Origin: Myxococcales bacterium
GTDB taxonomy: Bacteria; Myxococcota_A; Bradymonadia; UBA7976; UBA1532
Assembly: GCA_002731825.1 (NCBI GenBank)
Contig: PCCS01000006.1
Coordinates: 185,755 to 249,754, forward strand
DNA: 64,000 nt
Direction: 5' to 3'
The notes under the pieces are model-generated. The model was not told the origin of the DNA, ran no database searches, and worked only from the letters and a program-made list of their open reading frames with translations. Below, piece after piece: positions 11,031 through 21,301 of this stretch; the stretch's first letter is position 1, and each line of letters opens with the position of its first letter. A program made the position numbers and the translations under genes.

Positions 11031-12131
11031 CTATTCGGTTTGTAGCATTTGGACCGCTAAGTCATGTATTGCTGGTCGGAAATCTTTGATGAGTTGGTTC
11101 TCACGAGTCGGGCAAACCCGGTTCGTGAGAAGGACAGCAACAATCTCCTGTGTCGGATCAATCCAAATACTTGTCCCCGTAAATCCCAGGTGCCCAAAAC
11201 TTGTCGTGCTGAAGTACCGACCCGAGGTACTTCGGCCCGCCGTTCGACGGTCCCATCCGAAGATACGACTGGTCTCTCGAACATAAGCTGACGGTCCGAA
11301 TGCGAGTCCAGCAAGTTCGGGATCTATTCCCAGTTCGTGTGAGCCATTGGTCGCCAATCGAAGCCATTGACGCGCGGCCATGTGTACTGCATCTAATGTG
11401 CCGAAGAGGCCGGCATGACCACATACACCCCCCATAATCCAAGAATTGTCATCGTGGACTTCTCCTTGGATAAGCTGCTTACGCCACGGGCACCGTTCGG
11501 TGGCGACATATTGATCGGCTTTTGACGGCTGAGGCCAGGGACGAAAATGAAGCCCTCGGGGTCCATGGCTCGGTAGATCAGGCCAGGCCTGACACAGCGA
11601 AACCCCAGATGCTGCTTCGCAAATCCATTCGAGTATCATAAACCCTAAATCAGTATACATTTCGAATAGTTGGGGCATAAATATGGCGTGTTCAGCCGCC
11701 AGTTTTTGGCGCACTGTCGTCTTCACTGAAGCACGGTCTAGGAGTCGGCGATCACTGGCTGTAAAGCCCTGATAATATTGACGATGTGCGCAAATCGCCC
11801 CCTGGTGGATCAGCAGTCGCCAGAGAGGCGTGCTTCGTAATTGTTGATTCTTTAACGGCAGATAAGACCCCAGTGTATCTTCAAGTTGTAATTGGCCTTC
11901 GTTGACCAATCTCAGGCACCAGAGCGTTGTCGTCAGGGGCTTAGTCAGTGAGGCCAGGTCAAAGATAGATTGCGAACTGGTGTTCATGGAGTTTGGTTCC
12001 TCGGCATGGCGGCCGCAGAACCACTCTGAATGCGGCTCGTCACCTCGGGAAATAGAGAATGCAATGGACGGTGCAACCCCTGCAGCACACGCCTCTTTTA
12101 TGGCGGCATCGATGGTCGATTTGGTTGTCAT
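11031..12131 (-). CDS. Serine hydrolase, beta-lactamase/PBP4*-AmpH-like family
   Basis: 366 aa with the SxxK active-site motif in FDLASLTKPLTT. It overlaps the upstream LD-carboxypeptidase gene by 4 nt. Confidence 0.8.
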   Translation of the reverse strand: MTTKSTIDAAIKEACAAGVAPSIAFSISRGDEPHSEWFCGRHAEEPNSMNTSSQSIFDLASLTKPLTTTLWCLRLVNEGQLQLEDTLGSYLPLKNQQLRSTPLWRLLIHQGAICAHRQYYQGFTASDRRLLDRASVKTTVRQKLAAEHAIFMPQLFEMYTDLGFMILEWICEAASGVSLCQAWPDLPSHGPRGLHFRPWPQPSKADQYVATERCPWRKQLIQGEVHDDNSWIMGGVCGHAGLFGTLDAVHMAARQWLRLATNGSHELGIDPELAGLAFGPSAYVRETSRIFGWDRRTAGRSTSGRYFSTTSFGHLGFTGTSIWIDPTQEIVAVLLTNRVCPTRENQLIKDFRPAIHDLAVQMLQTE

Positions 12132-13039
12132 TGGGTGACCCAGGGATGTTGGTTTGTCAAACGACCCCCCTGAATGTCTACAGTCGCGCCCAGGGGCAAT
12201 GCACGCAAGCTGGCTCGGTGGCCTGCCGGAGCGTTGAGCAGGACTGGACAGGGGGCATCAGACCGAAGCTGTTCATACATCTGGATTTCAGTATTGCGAT
12301 CGCTCAAACCCAAATCCCCAAGCCAAATCGCCGACGCGTTTTCGAAAAGCCCCGCTCGTTTGAGTTGATTAAAGGCCCGATCGAGGCGATAGGCAGGCTC
12401 CCCAACATCTTCTAATAGCCAGATTGATTTATGCTCTGCTCGCGGTGCCGTAGGCGTACCAAGCATGCTGGCGAGGACTGTTAAGTTTCCGCCCAATAGT
12501 CGTCCGCTGACCTTGGGTTCATCAAACGGTTCTGGCAGGATCAATTCAGTTTGTTGTCCACGAAAAACTCTTAGGATTTCTGAGATGTCCGTCTCAATAT
12601 AATCCGTGGCTAAACTCGTAATGACGGGACCATGAAAGGTGATCCAACCTAATTGTTGACTGAGTGGATTTAGAATCGCGGTGATATCTGAAAAGCCAAT
12701 AAGACATTTTGGGGTCGGTAGAGTCTTTGCGAATTTCAGGATGTCATCGGCAATTCGGTTACATCCACTGCCCCCGCGACCACACCAGACAACGTCTACA
12801 TCAGGTTCGACCAGAGCGGCCTTAAATTCCGTGAGTCTGGTCGCATCTGTTCCGCCTAAATAACCCCGCCAATGCTCCTCCGCTCTCTTAGGATCCCAAC
12901 GGATTTCAAAACCGTATTTCTCAAGCTCGCAGAGGCCAGCAGTAAAATTGGCTTCATGTCCGATCAATGGGCCCGCGGGCAACACAACACGTACAACGGG
13001 TTTCTCACCGACGACGGTCGGCAATCTCGTCCGAGCCAT
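12128..13039 (-). CDS. LD-carboxypeptidase (peptidase S66, LdcA-like)
   Basis: 303 aa with nucleophile motif GFSDITA and C-terminal GH in PAGHRASLRALPLG, as in S66 muramoyl-tetrapeptide carboxypeptidases. Confidence 0.8.
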   Translation of the reverse strand: MARTRLPTVVGEKPVVRVVLPAGPLIGHEANFTAGLCELEKYGFEIRWDPKRAEEHWRGYLGGTDATRLTEFKAALVEPDVDVVWCGRGGSGCNRIADDILKFAKTLPTPKCLIGFSDITAILNPLSQQLGWITFHGPVITSLATDYIETDISEILRVFRGQQTELILPEPFDEPKVSGRLLGGNLTVLASMLGTPTAPRAEHKSIWLLEDVGEPAYRLDRAFNQLKRAGLFENASAIWLGDLGLSDRNTEIQMYEQLRSDAPCPVLLNAPAGHRASLRALPLGATVDIQGGRLTNQHPWVTQ

Positions 13040-13041
13040 TG

Positions 13042-13530
13042 CTATCCTCGTCGCTCTTTGAGCAGGCGCCGTCGCTGCAAACGAAATGTTCGTCTGGTCT
13101 CAGCATCTCGATACCGCCTTTTCTCTTCGTCAGTTTCGGGCCGTACTGGTGGGATATCCATTGGCCGCCCCTCGTCATCGATAGCGACAAAGGTGAGGTA
13201 GGCGGTCGCCGCATGCTCGCGGCTATCACAGGTGGGAGGTTCTCGTTCTATTCTTACACCCACTTCCATCGACGTTCGATGGGTGTAGTTCACCGAGGCT
13301 CTTATGACGACAGTATCACCTAAGCCAATTGGGATGAGAAAATGCATATCATCGATGCTCGCCGTGACAACTTTACTTTTGCTGTGTCGTCTGGCGGATA
13401 TGGCACCGGCGATGTCGATCCATTGAAGCACACGGCCACCGAACACAGTGCCGTGATGATTGGTATCGGGGGGCAGCACCATCTCAGTCATGATCACATG
13501 GGATTCTGTACACGGCCGTCCCTTAATCAC
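13042..13530 (-). CDS. Acyl-CoA thioesterase (hotdog fold, YciA/Acot-like)
   Basis: 162 aa with the conserved block PPDTNHHGTVFGGRVLQWIDIAG. Confidence 0.85.
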   Translation of the reverse strand: MIKGRPCTESHVIMTEMVLPPDTNHHGTVFGGRVLQWIDIAGAISARRHSKSKVVTASIDDMHFLIPIGLGDTVVIRASVNYTHRTSMEVGVRIEREPPTCDSREHAATAYLTFVAIDDEGRPMDIPPVRPETDEEKRRYRDAETRRTFRLQRRRLLKERRG

Positions 13531-13534
13531 TGTC

Positions 13535-14788
13535 TTATCCTCCGCTTCCTTTTAAGACCGCCACCGCGATGGCGGCGATCACGAGGACCGCGCCAATGAT
13601 AAGGCCAATCGGCTTACGCTCCGTGTCCGATACGGTCGGTAATTCCTCGAAACGTCGACGATCAACTTCAGCTGCAGCTCTCAAAGGCACATGTGCTGGC
13701 CGATTAGCCTTCGGATCTGTCTGATCGTCTCCATCCGTCTGAAAATTATCGACCACATCAATGGGGGCCGTTTTGGGGGCACCGTCTTCGGAGGCCGGTT
13801 GCCTAGCACTTGGCTTTAGCCACCAGCGCTGACCGAATGCCGCCTCACCAGAATCCACAAACTGGAGTGGTGAGACTGCGCTCGATGCCGGTGGTGGTGG
13901 TAGCGACGACAGCGGGTTGTCGTTTCGCTCCTTATCATCAGCTGACTGGTCTTCCCCAATTTCTATACCCGTTTCGGACTCGGCTCTCGCATCATGAACG
14001 TCACCGCTCACTCCGAGATTCTCCCGTTCATTCGCCATCCCATCCGACTCGTCGACTGATTCATTATCGACCAGGCCGCGGGGGGCGTCCACGTTGGGAG
14101 TGGCCGCTTGGGCTTTTGCTTCAGCTTCCTCGGTTTTAGGAGCAACGTTTTTTTGGGCTGCAACCGATGAGACACGTGAGCCAAGTTCCGAATTTAGGGC
14201 AGCCGCGTTGTCTGACAGCGGGGCCCCTTCAGCCCCACCTACAATCGCCTCCGCTTCGTCCACCTTTTGGGCAACCTCTTCCTTATTGCCATCGTCGTCA
14301 CCACAGGGAAGCTCAGCTATCGCATTGGGTTCGGCCACGACTTCGTGAGCTTCATTGGCATCTGGTTCCATCGACCGTAGGGCGGCTGCATCCTGTGCTA
14401 CCGCCGCCTCCGTCGTTCCGCTCATTGTGGCCGTATATTGTTCAGATGCGTTGGCCGATTCGACGTCCGGACCCGCAGCTATCTCTCCGACGGCTTCGTC
14501 ATCACTCCCATTTATGAGTTCATCACCGCTGTTACCTGGGTCGTCATTACGACCAGCCTGAAGGGCCTCGCCTTCTGGGTCGTCATTACGACCAGCCTGA
14601 AGGGCCTCGCCTTCTGGGTCGTCCGTTGCGGCCGTCACTGGGAGATCGGACTGATTATTTTCCTCATGCGCCTCTTCAGTCTGCTCGGGCTCAATCGGAT
14701 TTGGAGTCGACGTGAAATCGTGTCCGCACTGAATACAGAAAGCTGTGCCTTCTTCATTTATAAACGCGCATGTAGGACACGGAATCAT
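13535..14788 (-). CDS. Zinc-ribbon protein with a long acidic disordered region and a C-terminal TM anchor
   Basis: 417 aa. N-terminal CPTC...CIQCG zinc ribbon, about 370 aa of D/E/A/P-rich low complexity, and one TM helix (IGLIIGAVLVIAAIAVAVL) 6 residues from the C-terminus. Confidence 0.7.
   Translation of the reverse strand: MIPCPTCAFINEEGTAFCIQCGHDFTSTPNPIEPEQTEEAHEENNQSDLPVTAATDDPEGEALQAGRNDDPEGEALQAGRNDDPGNSGDELINGSDDEAVGEIAAGPDVESANASEQYTATMSGTTEAAVAQDAAALRSMEPDANEAHEVVAEPNAIAELPCGDDDGNKEEVAQKVDEAEAIVGGAEGAPLSDNAAALNSELGSRVSSVAAQKNVAPKTEEAEAKAQAATPNVDAPRGLVDNESVDESDGMANERENLGVSGDVHDARAESETGIEIGEDQSADDKERNDNPLSSLPPPPASSAVSPLQFVDSGEAAFGQRWWLKPSARQPASEDGAPKTAPIDVVDNFQTDGDDQTDPKANRPAHVPLRAAAEVDRRRFEELPTVSDTERKPIGLIIGAVLVIAAIAVAVLKGSGG
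14538..14623. repeat. Perfect 39-bp tandem duplication (2.2 copies) inside the zinc-ribbon gene
   Basis: gggtcgtcattacgaccagcctgaagggcctcgccttct occupies 14538-14576 and again 14577-14615, followed by gggtcgtc. It encodes DDPEGEALQAGRN twice, in frame. Confidence 0.95.
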
Positions 14789-14976
14789 AGAATCGACTAC
14801 TCCGAAATGAGGTTTGCTCTAGCACAGTCCTCAAAGTTTCACACGGAGGCGTTCTTCGGTCAATGGCTCCAAATCTCTCGCCAAGCTTTCAACTGTTGAA
14901 TATCCCGATTATGATTGGCTATCTACTGGTCTGTGTTTAGTATATCGGCCTTGAGTTAGACAATTAGTATGCCTGT

Positions 14977-16485
14977 TTGCGGAGAATGGTTATGGCAGTC
15001 ACAATCTATGACACCTTGAGTGGCTCGAAGCGGGAATTTGTCCCCATTGAAGAAAACACGGTCAAAATCTACGTCTGCGGCATTACGCCATATGCACTCT
15101 CACATCTTGGTCATGCGCGCTGTTACGTCGCATGGGATATTGTCTATCGATATTTTCAATACAGCGGCTTTGACGTGACCTACGTCCGAAATTTCACCGA
15201 TGTGGACGACAAGATAATTAATCAAGCAGCTAAGCAGTCTGTCGATCCTTTGGAACTGGCAGAAGAGAACATTCAGGCTTTCTACCACGATATGGATTCT
15301 CTTGGTATTGCCCGTCCAGACCATGAACCCCGAGTCAGTACCTCCATCGATTCAATCATCGATTTGGTTCAGACCCTGGAAAATAAAGGTTTGGCTTATA
15401 ACGTCGATGGAGATGTTTTTTTTGAGGTGTCGAAATTTGAAAACTATGGCTGTTTAAGTAAACGACCTTTGGATGACATGCTGGCCGGTGCGCGGGTTGA
15501 CGTCGATACTCGAAAGCGAAACCCAATGGACTTCGCTCTCTGGAAGTCGGCTAAGGATGGCGAAATTAATTGGCCCAGTCCCTGGGGGCCGGGGCGGCCT
15601 GGCTGGCACATCGAATGCTCCGCTATGAGTATGTCCAAACTTGGCCCAACCTTTGACATTCATTGTGGGGGACGTGACCTTATTTTTCCTCATCATGAAA
15701 ATGAGATCGCTCAGTCAGAAGCGGCCTCGGGTTGTCGGTATGTCAACTATTGGATGCATAATGGATTCATAAATATTGATCAGCAGAAGATGTCTAAATC
15801 TCTGGGCAACGTCTTCAACGTCAGAGATATTCTTCAGCGTTATGAGCCCCTTGTGCTTCGATATTTCCTCATGTGTGCCACTCATTATCGTAACCCGATG
15901 AACTTCTGCGACACCATCCTAGATGAAGCATCGGCGCGAATGGCTTACTTCTATGAATCTCTTCGCAAAGCCAATGATTTTGTCGAGGAGAATGTGGACT
16001 TAGGTGGTGGGCCGATAAAAGACCGACAGTTTATAGATGGGATCGCTGGCCGGTTTCGTGACGCGATGGACGACGATTTCAGCGTTGTGAAGGCAATGGA
16101 GTTAATATCTGAAGTGTTTAAGTACTTGAACGATTACGTGTCGGTTCGAAAACAAGCGGCTTTACCGGCGGCTCTTGCATCGGCCCAACGTCTCTTAGAC
16201 GAACTGCGTAGCATGGACAGCGTTTTGAACTTATTTGGCGAAGAGCCAAGAACCTACCTTTCGCGTCATCGAACAAAAGCGGCAATGCGCCTGGGTCTGA
16301 CCATAGACTCCATTGAGAAACAGATCTCAAAACGCATTGCGGCACGTACCGCAAGAGATTGGGCAATGGCAGACCAGATTCGTGGTGAACTGGAGGGAAT
16401 AGGGGTGATCCTGATGGATCATCCTGGTGGAACAGACTGGTCTATCGATGAGTCCACTGATGCCGAGACCATCGAGGCTGAATGA
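14977..16485 (+). CDS. cysS: Cysteine--tRNA ligase
   Basis: HIGH-type motif SHLGHAR, KMSKS present ([10 protein letters not shown]), and [19 protein letters not shown] block. The ATG at 14992, after GGAGA, is the likely true start. Confidence 0.97.
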   Translation: MRRMVMAVTIYDTLSGSKREFVPIEENTVKIYVCGITPYALSHLGHARCYVAWDIVYRYFQYSGFDVTYVRNFTDVDDKIINQAAKQSVDPLELAEENIQAFYHDMDSLGIARPDHEPRVSTSIDSIIDLVQTLENKGLAYNVDGDVFFEVSKFENYGCLSKRPLDDMLAGARVDVDTRKRNPMDFALWKSAKDGEINWPSPWGPGRPGWHIECSAMSMSKLGPTFDIHCGGRDLIFPHHENEIAQSEAASGCRYVNYWMHNGFINIDQQKMSKSLGNVFNVRDILQRYEPLVLRYFLMCATHYRNPMNFCDTILDEASARMAYFYESLRKANDFVEENVDLGGGPIKDRQFIDGIAGRFRDAMDDDFSVVKAMELISEVFKYLNDYVSVRKQAALPAALASAQRLLDELRSMDSVLNLFGEEPRTYLSRHRTKAAMRLGLTIDSIEKQISKRIAARTARDWAMADQIRGELEGIGVILMDHPGGTDWSIDESTDAETIEAE

Positions 16486-18485
16486 AACCATTCGAGATCG
16501 TGTCCGCCCATTCGCCGAGTGGAGATCAGCCGCAGGCCATTTCGCAGCTTGTGTCAGGACTAAATCGAGGGACTCGTTCTCAAGTTTTGCTAGGTGTTAC
16601 CGGGTCTGGAAAGACCTTTACTATGGCCAACGTGATTGCAGAGACTCAACGACCCAGCCTTGTACTCGCTCATAATAAGACCTTGGCTGCGCAGCTCTAT
16701 GGCGAACTACGCCATTTGTTTCCTACAAACTCAGTTCAATACTTTGTCAGCTATTACGACTATTACCAGCCCGAAGCCTATGTACCGACCACCGATACGT
16801 TTATCGAGAAGGACGCAAAGATAAATGATGAAATTGACCGATTACGCCATGCGGCGACGCGGGCTCTGCTCGAACGGCGAGACGTTATTATCGTGGCGAG
16901 CGTCAGTTGCATTTATGGGCTTGGGAGCGCGGAAGCTTACTATGACCAATTACTTGTTCTAGAACATGGTCAACAGGTCGACCGTGACGATGTCCTGGCA
17001 AAATTAGTCGAAATTCAATACGCCAGAAATGATTACGATTTTCATCGCGGTGTTTTCCGAGTTCGCGGGGATGTTCTAGAAGTTTTTCCGGTACATGAAG
17101 ACACCGAAGCGATTCGGATTGAGTTTTTCGGCGATGAAGTCGATGGCATTTACACAATCGACCCGCTCCGGGGTCGCATAATTGACCAACTTGATAAGGT
17201 CGCCGTGTATCCTGGAAGCCACTATGTGGTCGGCCAGAATAGGCTTGCTGAAGCGACCCATTTAATCAGAGATGAACTGAGAGTTCGGCTCCAGGAATTA
17301 AAGGCGGATGAACGTCTGCTGGAAGCCCAGCGCCTAGAGCAAAGAACCCTTTTCGATCTTGAGCAAATCGAACAGATCGGACATTGCTCTGGTATTGAGA
17401 ACTATTCTAGATATCTAACCGGTCGGTCGGAGGGAGAACCTCCACCCTGTCTATTGGATTATTTTCCGTCCGATTGGCTCTTGTTCGTAGATGAAAGTCA
17501 CGTTTCAATTCCCCAGGTCGGTGGCATGTATCGTGGTGACAGATCTAGGAAGAGCAATTTGGTTGAACACGGTTTTAGATTACCGTCAGCCCTTGATAAT
17601 CGGCCATTAAAATTCGAGGAGTTTGTCGAAACTCAGAACCAGGTTATTTTTGTTTCTGCGACACCTGCGCGATACGAACTCGAACAAAGTCAAGGTGTCG
17701 TCGTGGAACAGCTCATAAGACCCACAGGACTCATCGATCCAAAGGTTGATGTGCGTCCGGCCTCGGATCAGGTCGATGATTTGCTTGGCGAAATTAGGGA
17801 TGCGGTGGCTGGTTCCTTCCGAGTGTTGGTCACAACTTTAACCAAGAGAATGGCCGAGGATCTGACCGATTACTATCAAGGGTTGGGTCTCGCCGTTCGT
17901 TACTTACACTCGGATATAGATACCCTTGAGCGCAGTGCAATCTTACGTGATCTTCGACTTGGTAAGTTTGACATCCTCGTGGGCATTAACTTGTTGAGAG
18001 AGGGGCTCGATTTACCGGAGGTTGGCCTCGTCGCCATCCTCGATGCTGACAAAGAAGGATTTTTAAGGAACCGAACATCTCTCATCCAAACCATTGGACG
18101 CGCCGCTCGGAATGCCGAGGGCAGGGTCATTCTCTACGCGGATCGGATGACCGATTCAATGAAAGCGGCTCTCCAGGAGACAGAGCGGCGGCGTGCGATT
18201 CAATTGGCGCATAATGAAGAGCATGGAATCATTCCACGCACGGTTCGGAAGCAAATTGACGATATCGAAGACGTTGTACGTGGCATGATGCCAGAGTCGT
18301 CTCAATCGGGAGAATCAACGCACTTGCAAATGGATGGTCTCGACGAACCGGCTGAAGTACAGCGCCTGATTGATGAAACCAAGTCGAAGATGTTAGCACA
18401 TGCAGACGCACATGAGTTCGAACAGGCGGCGCGATTGCGTGATGAAATGAAAGCGCTTCAGAAATTACTCCTGGTCGTCGGCTAA
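16482..18485 (+). CDS. uvrB: Excinuclease ABC subunit B
   Basis: 667 aa with Walker A GVTGSGKT, helicase motifs and a C-terminal UVR domain ([14 protein letters not shown]). It overlaps cysS by 4 nt (ATGA). Confidence 0.98.
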   Translation: MKPFEIVSAHSPSGDQPQAISQLVSGLNRGTRSQVLLGVTGSGKTFTMANVIAETQRPSLVLAHNKTLAAQLYGELRHLFPTNSVQYFVSYYDYYQPEAYVPTTDTFIEKDAKINDEIDRLRHAATRALLERRDVIIVASVSCIYGLGSAEAYYDQLLVLEHGQQVDRDDVLAKLVEIQYARNDYDFHRGVFRVRGDVLEVFPVHEDTEAIRIEFFGDEVDGIYTIDPLRGRIIDQLDKVAVYPGSHYVVGQNRLAEATHLIRDELRVRLQELKADERLLEAQRLEQRTLFDLEQIEQIGHCSGIENYSRYLTGRSEGEPPPCLLDYFPSDWLLFVDESHVSIPQVGGMYRGDRSRKSNLVEHGFRLPSALDNRPLKFEEFVETQNQVIFVSATPARYELEQSQGVVVEQLIRPTGLIDPKVDVRPASDQVDDLLGEIRDAVAGSFRVLVTTLTKRMAEDLTDYYQGLGLAVRYLHSDIDTLERSAILRDLRLGKFDILVGINLLREGLDLPEVGLVAILDADKEGFLRNRTSLIQTIGRAARNAEGRVILYADRMTDSMKAALQETERRRAIQLAHNEEHGIIPRTVRKQIDDIEDVVRGMMPESSQSGESTHLQMDGLDEPAEVQRLIDETKSKMLAHADAHEFEQAARLRDEMKALQKLLLVVG

Positions 18486-18487
18486 AT

Positions 18488-20338
18488 ATGGTCTTTGATC
18501 GAACTAACCTGGACCGTTTTCCTAGGGACCCTGGCGTCTACATAATGAAGGACCAGGCTGGGGAGGTCATTTACGTCGGCAAAGCAAATAACCTCCGAAA
18601 CCGTGTCAAACAGTACTTTGGTCAAACCAGCGACACGCGATTTTTTGTCAGTCTGTTGGACGACTATTTAAACGACATAGATCTGATTATTACTGCCAAT
18701 GCGAAAGAAGCGTTAATCTTAGAAAATGAACTCATTAAAAGGCACCAGCCTAGATTTAATGTCAATCTGAAGGACGACAAAAACTTTCTGCATCTACGGA
18801 TAGATTCGTCTTCAAAATGGCCAAAGATAGATGTGGTTCGCAGCCCAAGGAGAGATGGGGCTCTTTATTTTGGTCCGTATCATTCAGCGAGTAAAATCCG
18901 ACAGACATTAAAATTAATCGAACAATATTTTGGGCTCCGTAATTGTGACGACTTGACCTTTAGAAACAGAGCCCGACCATGCCTGCAGTATCAGATTAAA
19001 CGATGCCCAGGGCCCTGTGTGCTTCCGGTCGACCATCGGACTTACGACAATCATGTACAGGATGTGATTCGATTTCTTCAGGGGCGTGAAGACGAATTGG
19101 TTCGCAGTTTGAAAGGGAAAATGGAACACGCATCTCAGGCGTTGGATTATGAGAATGCGGCCCGTTACCGAGACCAACTCCGGGCGATCCTGGGTAGCCT
19201 AGAAGATCAAAATATGGTTCAGATCCGGCAATTGGATCAGGACGTTTTTGGTCTCTACAGGGAGGGGGCTTCACTCCAAGTGTCCATTCTTTTTGTTCGC
19301 CGCGGGAAAATGGTCGGCTCGCGGACCTTTGATTTTATGGAACATGGTATCCCCGACTCCGAATTGCTGAGTACCTTTGTCAATCTCTACTATAACAGTG
19401 GTGCAGCCATGCCAGATGAAATCCTAATCCCTGTAACCGTCTCCAATTTTGAGGTGGTGGAGGCGTATGTTTCCGAACTAAAGGGCAGGCGCGTACGTCT
19501 CAAAGTTCCCCAACGCGGCGCCAATAAAAGACTCTTGGAGACAGCAAATAAAAATGCTGAACATGCGTATTTCCAAGCTCGGCGTGATCTATCGGCGCGT
19601 GATGGTGGTTTGGTTAGGCTTAAAGAAAAACTACATCTAAAAAATGTGCCGCACCATATTGAATGCTTTGATATTTCCCTTTTCCAGGGAACGGAACCCG
19701 TTGCTTCATGCGTTGCTTTCGAGGGCGGATCACCAAAGCGAAGTCGCTACCGGCATTATAAAATTAAAACCGTTGAAGGGACTGATGATTACGGCATGAT
19801 GCGCGAGGTTTTGACTCGTCGACTCAAAAGCGGGTTGATTAAGGCGGATTTACCTCAATTGATCGTTGTTGATGGTGGTAAAGGCCAACTCAATGTCGCC
19901 AGAGCCGTACTCCAGGACCTGAAAATTGATGGCCTCGATGTTGTTTCACTCGCTAAAGCTCGGATCATAGACGGTATCAATGATGCTGACGGAGGTGTTC
20001 TGAAAACGTCAGAACGTGTGTTCATACCAGGCGTACGGGAACCCATTAGCCTTCGTTCAAACACACACGAGTATTTTCTGATGACTCAAATCCGCGATGA
20101 AGCCCACCGATTTGCTATCAATTTTCATCGAAAGCGTCGTATTGACCGTAACTTTAGAAGTGTACTGGATGATATTCCTGGCATAGGCCCAGGTCGTCGT
20201 AAAACATTGCTGAGACATTTCGGGAGCCTAAAAGCCATCAAGTCGGCTTCCTCGGACAGCATTTCCGAGCTCAAAGGGTTTAGTTCAACGTTGGCCCAAA
20301 CCATTGTCCATCACCTAAAGACACAGGACGGCCAATAG
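18488..20338 (+). CDS. uvrC: Excinuclease ABC subunit C
   Basis: 616 aa with N-terminal GIY-YIG (GVYIMKD...VIYVGKANNLRNRV), a UVR domain (YENAARYRDQL) and a C-terminal HhH region. Confidence 0.97.
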   Translation: MVFDRTNLDRFPRDPGVYIMKDQAGEVIYVGKANNLRNRVKQYFGQTSDTRFFVSLLDDYLNDIDLIITANAKEALILENELIKRHQPRFNVNLKDDKNFLHLRIDSSSKWPKIDVVRSPRRDGALYFGPYHSASKIRQTLKLIEQYFGLRNCDDLTFRNRARPCLQYQIKRCPGPCVLPVDHRTYDNHVQDVIRFLQGREDELVRSLKGKMEHASQALDYENAARYRDQLRAILGSLEDQNMVQIRQLDQDVFGLYREGASLQVSILFVRRGKMVGSRTFDFMEHGIPDSELLSTFVNLYYNSGAAMPDEILIPVTVSNFEVVEAYVSELKGRRVRLKVPQRGANKRLLETANKNAEHAYFQARRDLSARDGGLVRLKEKLHLKNVPHHIECFDISLFQGTEPVASCVAFEGGSPKRSRYRHYKIKTVEGTDDYGMMREVLTRRLKSGLIKADLPQLIVVDGGKGQLNVARAVLQDLKIDGLDVVSLAKARIIDGINDADGGVLKTSERVFIPGVREPISLRSNTHEYFLMTQIRDEAHRFAINFHRKRRIDRNFRSVLDDIPGIGPGRRKTLLRHFGSLKAIKSASSDSISELKGFSSTLAQTIVHHLKTQDGQ

Positions 20339-20413
20339 ACGCAGACTGTTAATTTCTTTCGATTATCTTTCGAACATGAGTAGTATTGAGAACGCTGAAT
20401 ATGGGCAAAATAT

Positions 20414-21130
20414 ATGGTCAAAGACAGACATACTCATGCATCTAAACCGCCACAGAATTCACGTGTCTCTGAACACCTCAGTGTCGATACCCGCTTAGCC
20501 GCTCGTGCGATCCTAGACGACGAACGAATCGGCCAGGTCTCTAGTGTACCTACAACAGACCAGGCGGCACGTTCACAATTTCTAGATTGGCTTGAGCGCA
20601 CGAAAATTAAGCTCACGGTTGGTATTGTTTTAGTGACGTTCTGTGTGGCTGTCGCACCAATTTGGTTCGAAGTGACACACCGGAATCGAGCCGTTGGCTT
20701 GAAGGAGGTGGTGAAAGCTCAGGCAAAGACCTTTGTCTCTCAAATCGGTGATGAAAAAATGACGCGCTGGTTTAACAATGGAAATGTGGATGCATTTAGA
20801 CGGGAGTTCAAAGAGTTTAGACCCGGCTTGCTCGAGGCGATTACAGCGAAGGGGCTTATAGTTAATCTCGATGATCTCGGCATTAGGCTGGACTACGATC
20901 AAAAGACCATTTTACTGGGCGTCAAACTGAAATCAGATGATGGCGCTTCGATGACTTGGGCAAGTCCTGGTGGAGATGATCCTGTAAGGCCGTTGCCCAG
21001 CCCGTCTGTGGGTGCCGTCTTCAATGAGCACCAAGATATGTTAATGCTCGTCGGTTCGGTTATCGTTCTCTGCCTTGCTTTTATCTGGTTCGCGCCCATG
21101 CTCTACCGCCGTCGTCTCGACGAAAGCTGA
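20414..21130 (+). CDS. Hypothetical membrane protein (two TM helices)
   Basis: 238 aa with TM helices LTVGIVLVTFCVAVAPIWF and MLMLVGSVIVLCLAFIWFAPML, the second near the C-terminus. I recognise no motif. Confidence 0.55.
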   Translation: MVKDRHTHASKPPQNSRVSEHLSVDTRLAARAILDDERIGQVSSVPTTDQAARSQFLDWLERTKIKLTVGIVLVTFCVAVAPIWFEVTHRNRAVGLKEVVKAQAKTFVSQIGDEKMTRWFNNGNVDAFRREFKEFRPGLLEAITAKGLIVNLDDLGIRLDYDQKTILLGVKLKSDDGASMTWASPGGDDPVRPLPSPSVGAVFNEHQDMLMLVGSVIVLCLAFIWFAPMLYRRRLDES

Positions 21131-21301
21131 GTCCGAGTTAACTTGCGGAGCAGATTTAGACAGCGGCCGACTCGCCTTCCATCTCTGGGCTTGCCATCGA
21201 GTCATTTTTTCAACCAAGAACAAGACTCGCTGATTGCTGCATGCACTCAGAACTGTATGCGCGACCCGTCGATTTAGTTTTCTGAGGAAGAATGGCATAG
21301 C

